A stretch of DNA of 64,000 nucleotides, taken from assembly GCA_018656645.1 (NCBI GenBank), contig JABHZL010000121.1, positions 3,182 through 67,181 of the forward strand. The letters are read 5' to 3'. Under the pieces are notes generated by a model. That model was not told the DNA's origin. It saw nothing but the letters and a program-made list of their open reading frames with translations, and made no database searches. Positions 1-8,123 of the stretch are shown here, in pieces. The number at the start of each line of letters is the position of its first letter. The stretch's first letter is position 1. The position numbers and the translations under genes were made by a program. This stretch comes from Phycisphaerae bacterium (GTDB lineage: Bacteria; Planctomycetota; Phycisphaerae; Phycisphaerales; SM1A02).

Positions 1-271
1 GGTTCATGAATGCTGCTGTTGGAATCAGTTCCATTACTTCATCTGCCCCCGCTTGCAGAAGCAAATCTCTGCGTCGTGAAAACTCAGTCAACCGTTCAAC
101 TGCTGCCGTTGGGTGTAAAAACTCCGTCGGGCTAGGATTAAAACTCCAAATGACAACTCGACCATCACCAACAGCATCTCTTGCTCTCTCAACGATCGCA
201 ACATGCCCAAGGTGTACAGCATCAAAATTCCCTATTGAAAGTGCAATATCCACAACAAGCCATCTTACCAA
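1..271 (-). CDS. ribF: Bifunctional riboflavin kinase/FAD synthetase, N-terminal part (runs off the left edge)
   Basis: My minus-strand translation from TTG at 271-269 gives (M)VRWLVVDIALSIGNFDAVHLGHVAIVERARDAVGDGRVVIWSFNPSPTEFL...RLTEFSRRRDLLLQAGADEV. This contains the RibF FAD-synthetase signature GNFDxxHxGH followed by F-x-P-x-P. The ORF is absent from the track because it is open at the edge. The start codon is uncertain (TTG 271 or GTG 253). Confidence 0.75.
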   Translation of the reverse strand, partial: MVRWLVVDIALSIGNFDAVHLGHVAIVERARDAVGDGRVVIWSFNPSPTEFLHPTAAVERLTEFSRRRDLLLQAGADEVMELIPTAAFMN

Positions 272-275
272 ATAG

Positions 276-308
276 GCTCAAAAAGCGTACCAAATACGCT
301 TTTTGAGC
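276..308. other. Perfect 14-bp hairpin (GCTCAAAAAGCGTA-ccaaa-TACGCTTTTTGAGC) in the ribF/gdh divergent region
   Basis: The inverted repeat was read directly. The arms are 276-289 and 295-308, with a 5-nt loop. It lies 5 nt upstream of the candidate ribF TTG start. Confidence 0.6.
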
Positions 309-480
309 AAATAATGCATTCTGTCCCTACGACTGTCTCTGGCTCTGGTATGGGGTCTGTCGCCATGTGTGGTTTGAGGACTCTCCCCTTTGACCGTCCC
401 CACTGCAACTTAGAAACTCGCAGATCGAGCAACTCGGTTTTGGGTTGAATATAGGCTCTCTTGCGGTTCTAATACCCAAA

Positions 481-3441
481 ATGGCAATCAAACCGCAACA
501 ACCTATTGGTAGTAAACCTGAAAACTCAGACACAGTGATCGATCAGGTAACTAATTCCCTTCGAGCAACTGCGGAGGAAGTGGTCCCATGGTTTCTTAAC
601 CAGATGCCATTGATGTACTTTCAAGACACCAGTGAAGAAGACCAACTTGCCCACTTACGAGCAATGATTGCTGCCAAAGCATCAGGTAAACCGATTGAAC
701 TCACCCTACGTTCTGAAGACGCTTCGCAGTGGACAATGATGCGACCTCGCGATTACCCTGGAGTTCTTGCTGAAATAATGGAAGAACTCCCGTGGGATCA
801 AACACTTAGAACCGCAAAAATTCACACCGCAACTGATGGCGAGTTGGTACTCGATACATTTGAATTTGGCGAACCAACACCCTTCACTATTGATGATGTC
901 GATCATGCTGATCGCTTGAACGAAATGATCGCATATGCAGAACAACATATGCAAGATGTAACCACTGACCAAGTGCGTGCCTATTTTACACGTAGCTCAG
1001 AAGAGTACATCATGACTGTCACTCCATTACGTATGGCAAAGCACTGGCAACTTGTTGAACGTCTTTCTGGAACTGACGGCACCATGGTTGAACTTGAAAC
1101 AGAAACTGACCCTACGCTCAGCAGAATTATCGTCGCTGTAAGCAATTCAACTCGACGGTCAATGTTACAACGTATTGCAACGAGACTCAGTAAATCACGC
1201 GTCAATATTCACCGCGCATATCTCGATAGTATCGATGATGGCGCGAACGGTTGGATCACTCTTGTGGGGTGTGTAGTCCAAGGACCAGAAGGCGGACCGA
1301 TAGACCCATCAAGTAATCTCTGGAAAGAAATACGGCAAGATCTTCTTCGTCTTAAATGGTACGACCAGCGAACACTTGAACTTGGTTACGCAAACCCTGA
1401 CATTGGATTGCGAAAAGCCGAAATCATTACTGCCCTACTCGACCTTTCATATCAAATTCTTGTGAAGAAAAATCCATACGCATTTAATCCAACACGTCTG
1501 CATTCGCTTATGAGAGGCAACCTTGGAGTTGCTGCATCTATTGCTAACTTATTCCATCAACGGTTTAACCCAGACAACCTCATGTCTGACGATTCTTACA
1601 ACACAGTACGAACCGAACTTGATGAAACAATCGAAAACACTGTTGATCTAGAAGATGCAAGAACGCTCTTTGAAACAATGTTACAAGCAGTTCACGCTGT
1701 TAAACGAACAAATCTTTTCCTTGAAGATCGATACGCACTCTCCATGAGAATCGATGCTTCTATTCTCACGACTGAGAGTCGACCAGATTGCCCATTTGGA
1801 GCATTCTTTATTCATGGCCGAGATTTCAACGGATTCCACGTTCGCTTCCGAGATATCGCACGCGGTGGTGTGCGTGCCATCTTCCCACGTGGCGTTGAAC
1901 AATTTGCTCGGGAACAAGAAAGACTCTACGACGAAGCCTACAACCTTGCTTCTGCTCAACAATTAAAAAATAAGGACATCCCTGAAGGTGGTGCAAAAGC
2001 AGCAATGCTTATTCATCCAAGAGGGAGAATCAGCAGAAGTGTTAAAGCATTTGTAGATTCATTACTCGATCTCATTACTCCAGAGGAAGAGACCACCTCA
2101 AAAGTCGTCGATCGGTTACATCACAACGAACTCATTTATCTCGGGCCAGATGAAAACATCACACCTGAACTTATTGAATGGGTTGTTGATCGTGGACAAC
2201 GCAGAGGCTACCCAATGCCAACTGCATTAATGAGTTCAAAACCTGGGGCAGGCATCAATCACAAAGAATATGGTGTCACAAGTGAAGGTGTTATTGTATT
2301 CCTCGATAGCGCTCTCAGAGCTGTAGACATCGACCCTGACACAGACACATTTACAATCAAAATGACCGGCGGTCCTGACGGTGATGTTGGCGGCAATGGC
2401 ATTAGAATTCTCCACCGCGAATATGGGGACCGTGCAAAAATTCTTGGCATTGCAGATGGCTCTGGTTGCGGTGAAGATCCAGATGGGCTAGACCACACTG
2501 AATTACTAAGACTTTTTGAAGAAGAATTACCAATAGCTAACTTTAACAAGGAAAAACTTGGACCAAACGGTTGGATTGCCTCCATTGATGACCCAGAGGG
2601 CGTCCACCTCCGCAATACGTTACACGATCGGATTCATTGCGATGCATTCGTTCCATGCGGAGGACGACCAGCAACTATTCATGGTGGAAATTGGAAGAAT
2701 TTTCTCAAAGACGATGGTACACCAAGTAGCAAAGTAATCGTTGAAGGCGCAAACCTTTTTCTCACGCCTGATGCTCGAAAAGAGCTCTCAAATGCTGGGA
2801 CGCTCATCCTCAAAGATTCATCAGCCAATAAATGTGGTGTAATTTGTTCCAGTTTTGAAATTGGTGCTTGCATGCTGCTTAATACAGATCAGTTCATGAA
2901 AATCAAGGAAGAATTTGTCAACCAAGTTTTGGTTCGACTACGAGATCTTGCTCGCGCAGAAGCGGAATTGCTCGCCCGTCTTCACCAACACCATCCTCAT
3001 CTACCTCTACCCGAAATGAGTATCCGAATTAGTAAGATGATGTCAAGAACTGCGGACTCTATCAATGAGCATTGGGATTCGATGAGTGAGCAGCAACAAA
3101 CCGAATTACAACGACTCGTCACTGAACATTTACCCACGATTCTTCTTGAAACTGCTGGTGACAAACTTTGGACTGAGATGCCAAGTGCGTACATTCGCTG
3201 GATGATGGTTAAATCACTCGCAGCTAGGATGGTCTACCGCGAAGGTTTCGAATATCTTGAAACTATGGAAAACGACGACCTCGCTGGCTTAGCCCTTCGA
3301 TACCTTGACCTTGAACAGGAACGAACAACGCTTGTGGATACTGTTTTAGACTCAAATTTACACGATAAACACAGAATCGCATCACTCCTTCAGGATGCGG
3401 GTATATTCTCGACAATGGGTAGACGCAATACAGAAATCTGA
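481..3441 (+). CDS. gdh: NAD-specific glutamate dehydrogenase, large (about 110 kDa) bacterial type
   Basis: The ORF is 445..3441 and I prefer the ATG at 481 (MAIKPQQ). Its roughly 1000-aa length and the motifs FIHGRDFNGFHVRFRDIARGGVRAIF, QLKNKDIPEGGAKAAM and MTGGPDGDVGGNG are typical of the large Bac_GDH family. Confidence 0.75.
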   Translation: MAIKPQQPIGSKPENSDTVIDQVTNSLRATAEEVVPWFLNQMPLMYFQDTSEEDQLAHLRAMIAAKASGKPIELTLRSEDASQWTMMRPRDYPGVLAEIMEELPWDQTLRTAKIHTATDGELVLDTFEFGEPTPFTIDDVDHADRLNEMIAYAEQHMQDVTTDQVRAYFTRSSEEYIMTVTPLRMAKHWQLVERLSGTDGTMVELETETDPTLSRIIVAVSNSTRRSMLQRIATRLSKSRVNIHRAYLDSIDDGANGWITLVGCVVQGPEGGPIDPSSNLWKEIRQDLLRLKWYDQRTLELGYANPDIGLRKAEIITALLDLSYQILVKKNPYAFNPTRLHSLMRGNLGVAASIANLFHQRFNPDNLMSDDSYNTVRTELDETIENTVDLEDARTLFETMLQAVHAVKRTNLFLEDRYALSMRIDASILTTESRPDCPFGAFFIHGRDFNGFHVRFRDIARGGVRAIFPRGVEQFAREQERLYDEAYNLASAQQLKNKDIPEGGAKAAMLIHPRGRISRSVKAFVDSLLDLITPEEETTSKVVDRLHHNELIYLGPDENITPELIEWVVDRGQRRGYPMPTALMSSKPGAGINHKEYGVTSEGVIVFLDSALRAVDIDPDTDTFTIKMTGGPDGDVGGNGIRILHREYGDRAKILGIADGSGCGEDPDGLDHTELLRLFEEELPIANFNKEKLGPNGWIASIDDPEGVHLRNTLHDRIHCDAFVPCGGRPATIHGGNWKNFLKDDGTPSSKVIVEGANLFLTPDARKELSNAGTLILKDSSANKCGVICSSFEIGACMLLNTDQFMKIKEEFVNQVLVRLRDLARAEAELLARLHQHHPHLPLPEMSIRISKMMSRTADSINEHWDSMSEQQQTELQRLVTEHLPTILLETAGDKLWTEMPSAYIRWMMVKSLAARMVYREGFEYLETMENDDLAGLALRYLDLEQERTTLVDTVLDSNLHDKHRIASLLQDAGIFSTMGRRNTEI

Positions 3442-3473
3442 GCGTCGTCTGCCTCATCTTAGGAGATTCGCTC

Positions 3474-5150
3474 ATGCATTTTCTTTCAACTTTCGCGCTT
3501 TCGATATTTACAACTACTGCAGCCTTTGCACTACAACCTGTCACTGTAGATATGGAACCAATCAATGCAAACGGTTCGATCACAGATATCGCGTTATACA
3601 GAGGTCGGGCTGCAATAACTCGAACAGCAGAACTTGATCTCGAAGCGGGCGGATGGTCAATTTTCTTTAGAGATCTCCCAAGTTCTGCGACGCTCGATTC
3701 AGTTCAAGCAAGCGTAGATGGAAACGCAAAACTCATCGCCGTTGACACAACAGCATTTCCTATTGAAAAAGATAACAACAAACTACTTACTGAAATCAAA
3801 CAAGAAATTAAACACGTAGAAGAAAAAATAGCAATTGCACAAGCAGAAGAAGAGTCAATCAAGTTACAAGCGTCATTTCTAGAAACGCTTGTAAAAAGAT
3901 CGTCTTCTGACAAAGAACAGGGTGTTGACCTTGTCTCCTTTCAAGAACAACTTGCCTTCATTGGCAAGCAGATGGCAACCATAGAAACCCAAAAACTTGC
4001 AAATAATAAATTGCATGAAGAACTTACAAACGAACGAAATACCCTTGTCAAAAGACGAAACAGCATTTCCAATGAAAGTCATGTGCAGCGAGATGCGATC
4101 ATCGACATTGTTGTGTTCGCACAAGACACCATCACGATAGAAGTGACGTACCTCGTAAACAATGCTTCATGGGAGCCCTCATATTCCATTCGATCCTCAG
4201 AAGGTGGTGAGTCAATAACCATTGACTACGATGCAAAGGTTGCACAATACACAGGAGAAGACTGGCCTGACGTCAATCTAACCCTTTCAACTGCGCAGCC
4301 GCAGCGCTCTGCAAGCCCTCCAAAACCATCCCCCTGGTACTTAGATATTCAACAACCTACGCCACCAGCACAACCATCAGCTGCAATGAGAAGAACACGA
4401 TCTTCTGTTAATGCTGAGGATGATGCTATTGAAAGCGATTCGTTTGAATTGCGCCTCGGCACAGCAGCAACTGCCGCTTCCGTTGTCGGTAATGGACCTG
4501 CTGTAAGTTTTGCACTGCCAAGAACAGTTTCTGTTCCTTCAAATAAGAACGACAAACAAAAAACCGCCATCGCGTCAATTGATACTACAGCGAGTCTTTT
4601 CCGTGTTGCAGTTCCGATGATCACAGACTCTGTATATATCCGAAGTAAAGTTACAAATGACTCGCCTTTCATTTTACTTCCTGGAGAAGCTTCTATATTC
4701 CATGGGAGTGACTTCGTTGGAAGAACCATTCTCCCAACTGTTGCGCCGCATGAAACATTCCCACTTGACCTTGGTATCGATCCCAAGGTGATAGCAACTC
4801 GGACACTCCTTGAAAAGAAAACTTCTTCGACTGGTCTCTTTGGGAGTTCGAAAGAAACACTCTTTGATTACCGAGTCACTGTTTCAAACGGCCATGATGC
4901 GCCGCTTGAAATTCACCTTTGGGACCGCATCCCTGTTTCTCAAAACGAAGACATTGCCGTCGAGCTAAAAAACGAATCTATGCAACTTTCAACCGATGCA
5001 AATTACTTAGAGGCAGATTTCCCACGTGGCCTCCTCCGTTGGGATCTCACCGTGCCTGCAAACAGCACAGGCGAGACCAGTTTTGTAATGACCTGGCAAG
5101 TTGATATTGGGCGTGGTAAAAACGTGGAAATGACTCCCCTGCCTGAATAA
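3474..5150 (+). CDS. DUF4139/DUF4140 (MuiA-like, TIGR02231-type) secreted protein
   Basis: AGGAG lies 8 nt upstream of the ATG, and there is an N-terminal signal peptide (MHFLSTFALSIFTTTAAFA). The N-domain is DIALYRGRAAITRTAEL...FRDLPSSATLDSVQASV, followed by a coiled-coil segment and then YLVNNASWEPSYSIR...LSTAQP. This architecture is typical of the family. Confidence 0.65.
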   Translation: MHFLSTFALSIFTTTAAFALQPVTVDMEPINANGSITDIALYRGRAAITRTAELDLEAGGWSIFFRDLPSSATLDSVQASVDGNAKLIAVDTTAFPIEKDNNKLLTEIKQEIKHVEEKIAIAQAEEESIKLQASFLETLVKRSSSDKEQGVDLVSFQEQLAFIGKQMATIETQKLANNKLHEELTNERNTLVKRRNSISNESHVQRDAIIDIVVFAQDTITIEVTYLVNNASWEPSYSIRSSEGGESITIDYDAKVAQYTGEDWPDVNLTLSTAQPQRSASPPKPSPWYLDIQQPTPPAQPSAAMRRTRSSVNAEDDAIESDSFELRLGTAATAASVVGNGPAVSFALPRTVSVPSNKNDKQKTAIASIDTTASLFRVAVPMITDSVYIRSKVTNDSPFILLPGEASIFHGSDFVGRTILPTVAPHETFPLDLGIDPKVIATRTLLEKKTSSTGLFGSSKETLFDYRVTVSNGHDAPLEIHLWDRIPVSQNEDIAVELKNESMQLSTDANYLEADFPRGLLRWDLTVPANSTGETSFVMTWQVDIGRGKNVEMTPLPE

Positions 5151-5293
5151 ACTAGCTAACTTTCCAGTGGATGATCAATCCACCGACACCTCTGAGAGTG
5201 CTACAATGCCTTGTTACAAGTGAAAGTACTTTTTCCTTGGCTTGAGGAGCCATTTCAATGTTTCGTACCCCGATTTACACCTATCTAACATCA

Positions 5294-7156
5294 ATGAAAA
5301 ATCTCACTCTCAAAAATTCCCCTTTGGGTCTAATTGCAGTTTGCACAATAGCATTGAGTGGATGCCTTGAAGATGCATCTTCAGCTAGCTCAAATGATGT
5401 CGCACAGTTGATGTCCGATCTGAATGTAGCAGTACTTAGTGAGAACGAAATTGCATTGCAATCAATCATCACCAAAGCAAACAGACTCCCCCAAACTGAC
5501 TCAAGTGCAAAAGCGAAAAAACTGATCCTTTCCACTGCGAGAGCAAAATTAGGAAAAATCCAATACCAATCGGTTTCTGCAGAAACATCGCAAGTCATTG
5601 CCAAATTCCAGCAGGCAGTGAGAATTGCAAACCAAGCATCTTTACTGCGAAGTGCTGCGAATTCGATGTCAAATACTGCCGAACATGGTTCAGAAAATGC
5701 AGTTGCAGCGTTCCAAGCAAGCATGGAACAAGTAAAGAAATCCCTTAATACCCAACTTGATCAGGCACGAGGTGAAATCGCACGCTTATCACTCGAAAGT
5801 AAAGAGGCAACCGCAACCGCTGAAGCTTTATTTAACGAAGCAAACGAACTTCTAGCCGAAGCAGATGGCCTCGATGATGTCAATGGTTTAAAACCATTCA
5901 AACAGGGCATGAGGGTCATGAGAAAATCTGATCGTGCCAATCTTGCGGCGAATTCAAGCGAAGTCGAATCAGACATCATCGCAGCACCTCAAGTAAATGA
6001 TGCATCAGCCCAACTTGAAGCAATTGCATCTCAATTGAATGGGATCCGACATTCCATGGAATTACTTGGATCATTTAAGCAAGCCTCTAGAGAAGGTGCT
6101 GGTCAACTTCGATCATTTGCAGATACCCTAGATAATGAATGTGCAGCGATTCTTACCAATGCAACATCGAGTGCGAGTGCATTGCAAAACCGTTGGACAA
6201 CAGCTACTGATTATGTAAGCCAATCATTAAGCGCGCGGGGAGGTCGGTCCACAGGTTCTAAACAAAGTAAAGCTGCTGCAGCTTCTTGGAATTTACAAAC
6301 TTCTTGGAGTCTTGGGCAAATGCAAGAATTTCAAGTTCAATTTCTTGCTGAAGAGTGCACTTCTTTAACTAATGTTATCCAAGCAGGCATTGTGACAGGT
6401 ACAAGCAAGTGGGAAACACTCCTCGCAAGTTGCCAATCCCAACTTGATGGGCTGACTACTGCAGCGATCACTTCTTATGAAAATGCAAAAAATGCTGCTC
6501 GTGAACTCGGTCGCGATGGTGAAGGTTCTTCTTTCCAACTTGATGTTCGAATTGCGAAATTGAGTGGGATAGAAGCTCCAGAAAAGACACAGGTTTCAAA
6601 TCCATCAACCGCTACTGGAATGGGTGAGGGCGCAACTTCAAAGTCGAAAGAATCAAATGGTTTCAGTACTCCTCAAGATCTCGTCGCTTTTATGAACGAC
6701 GCAGCCTCATCAACAGCCATTGATTTAACAAGAATATATGAAACAAAAACAACTGAGCATGAAAACATGCTTGGAAAACTTCAAACACTTGTGAACAGCG
6801 GACTGAAATTGAAAAATAGTATCGACAGTACTTTTGGTGCTGGAACTTCGGACTCCATTGCCTTGCTATCGCAGGGAATCATTTCTGACACCATCGATGA
6901 AAGTGAAATAACAATGGAAGGCGATACAAAAGCCACCATTCTATTGGGAGCAATCTCGGTAACTTTGGTAAAAACCGATCGCGGCTGGCTCGTAGACTTT
7001 GAATCACAGGTGCAAGCAGAAGGATTTGATCAACAAAAATTCGCCCAAATCGACAAATTAAGCGGTGCGTTTAAAAAAGTTCAAGCTCAAATCGAGAGCG
7101 GTGAAATTGCCGACAAAAACCAAATCGAGTTTGCAATCATGACTTCCATGATGTAA
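5294..7156 (+). CDS. Hypothetical lipoprotein, alpha-helical, A/S/Q-rich
   Basis: The ORF is 5258..7156. The internal ATG at 5294 gives MKNLTLKNSPLGLIAVCTIALSGC, a signal peptide with a lipobox (LSGC). I recognise no family. Its 3' end overlaps the convergent queG by 20 nt. Confidence 0.55.
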   Translation: MKNLTLKNSPLGLIAVCTIALSGCLEDASSASSNDVAQLMSDLNVAVLSENEIALQSIITKANRLPQTDSSAKAKKLILSTARAKLGKIQYQSVSAETSQVIAKFQQAVRIANQASLLRSAANSMSNTAEHGSENAVAAFQASMEQVKKSLNTQLDQARGEIARLSLESKEATATAEALFNEANELLAEADGLDDVNGLKPFKQGMRVMRKSDRANLAANSSEVESDIIAAPQVNDASAQLEAIASQLNGIRHSMELLGSFKQASREGAGQLRSFADTLDNECAAILTNATSSASALQNRWTTATDYVSQSLSARGGRSTGSKQSKAAAASWNLQTSWSLGQMQEFQVQFLAEECTSLTNVIQAGIVTGTSKWETLLASCQSQLDGLTTAAITSYENAKNAARELGRDGEGSSFQLDVRIAKLSGIEAPEKTQVSNPSTATGMGEGATSKSKESNGFSTPQDLVAFMNDAASSTAIDLTRIYETKTTEHENMLGKLQTLVNSGLKLKNSIDSTFGAGTSDSIALLSQGIISDTIDESEITMEGDTKATILLGAISVTLVKTDRGWLVDFESQVQAEGFDQQKFAQIDKLSGAFKKVQAQIESGEIADKNQIEFAIMTSMM

Positions 7157-8120
7157 TTTTTTCCTGCAACACGGGGTCATCCGAGTGGGCAAGATAATTT
7201 TTCGCAGCAATGGCAGCATTTCGTTGCATCATGTCCAATTTCGCACGTTTCATCGCAGACCCCTTGAACGCGTTGCGGCGATCTTCTTCATTCCAGTTCA
7301 GTACTTCTAAAAGATCCAATGAAGAGGTTTTGCTTTCGTAGGCACTGTGTACTTGGGCACACCTTGTTTTTTGAGTCTGCTGATTGTGTGGGCAAACTTC
7401 TTGGCAAATATCACAACCAAAAATCCACTGTCCCATTTGTTCATGAAACGTTGGATCGATTTCACTTCGATGTTCAATCGTCAAATAACTAATGCATTTG
7501 CTACCATCAACAGACCAAGGTGTTATAGCATCAGTGGGACAAGCATCGATACACTTTGTACAACTTCCACAGGGATCAGTATCGTTTTTATTATCCGTCG
7601 CCTTCAACGTAGCTGTTGTAACGATCGCTCCAAGCATCAACCAACTCCCAATACTTTGGTCAATAAGAAGTGTGTTTTTACCGATCGCGCCCAACCCAGC
7701 AGCTGCGGCAAACTCTCGTTCAAACAATGGAGCAGTATCAACACAAGCACGAAATTCATTTTTGGAGTCGAGTTGCCTAAGGGCATCGCAAATTTGATGT
7801 AGCCTCTTCTTCATTACTTTATGGTAATCGCCTCCGCGAGCATATCTTGCAATTTTGCCATGCCGTGGAGGTGGAGTTTCATCATTACTGCTGCCGTAAC
7901 GATCTGCAACACAAATAATTGAAACAGCCCCAGAGACTAAATTCATAGGATCTAACCGAACATCTACATTGTTTGCAAGCCACAGCATTTCACCGTGTTT
8001 TTTAGCCTCCAACCATGCTTCAAATTCAGAAGACCACTTTGATTTTTGAGCATCGGTTACACCAACAAGTGCGAATCCGTGCTCTTTACAAAGTAAAATT
8101 ACTTGGTCTGTGTGTAGCAT
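7137..8120 (-). CDS. queG: tRNA epoxyqueuosine(34) reductase
   Basis: Two ferredoxin-type clusters, CGSCTKCIDACPTDAI and IFGCDICQEVCPHN, plus ISYLTIEHRSEI, are characteristic of QueG. Confidence 0.88.
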   Translation of the reverse strand: MLHTDQVILLCKEHGFALVGVTDAQKSKWSSEFEAWLEAKKHGEMLWLANNVDVRLDPMNLVSGAVSIICVADRYGSSNDETPPPRHGKIARYARGGDYHKVMKKRLHQICDALRQLDSKNEFRACVDTAPLFEREFAAAAGLGAIGKNTLLIDQSIGSWLMLGAIVTTATLKATDNKNDTDPCGSCTKCIDACPTDAITPWSVDGSKCISYLTIEHRSEIDPTFHEQMGQWIFGCDICQEVCPHNQQTQKTRCAQVHSAYESKTSSLDLLEVLNWNEEDRRNAFKGSAMKRAKLDMMQRNAAIAAKNYLAHSDDPVLQEKITSWKS

Positions 8121-8123
8121 GTA

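Noticed and set aside
6-275. Track ORF on the + strand (89 aa, MNAAVGISS...).
   Set aside because: It is the antisense shadow of the ribF N-terminus. The minus strand gives a clean GNFDxxHxGH FAD-synthetase sequence, while the + strand product has no recognisable features.
309-445. Possible FMN (RFN) riboswitch in the ribF leader. The minus strand shows GGGGACGGTCAAAGGGG and CCAGAGCCAGAGACAGT, vaguely like RFN segments.
   Set aside because: The conserved RFN helices cannot be built: there is no GGGTGAAATTCCC-type P2 and no AGTCCGGATG 3' element. ribF is also not a typical RFN-regulated gene. The resemblance comes from the GGGGACAG repeat motif.
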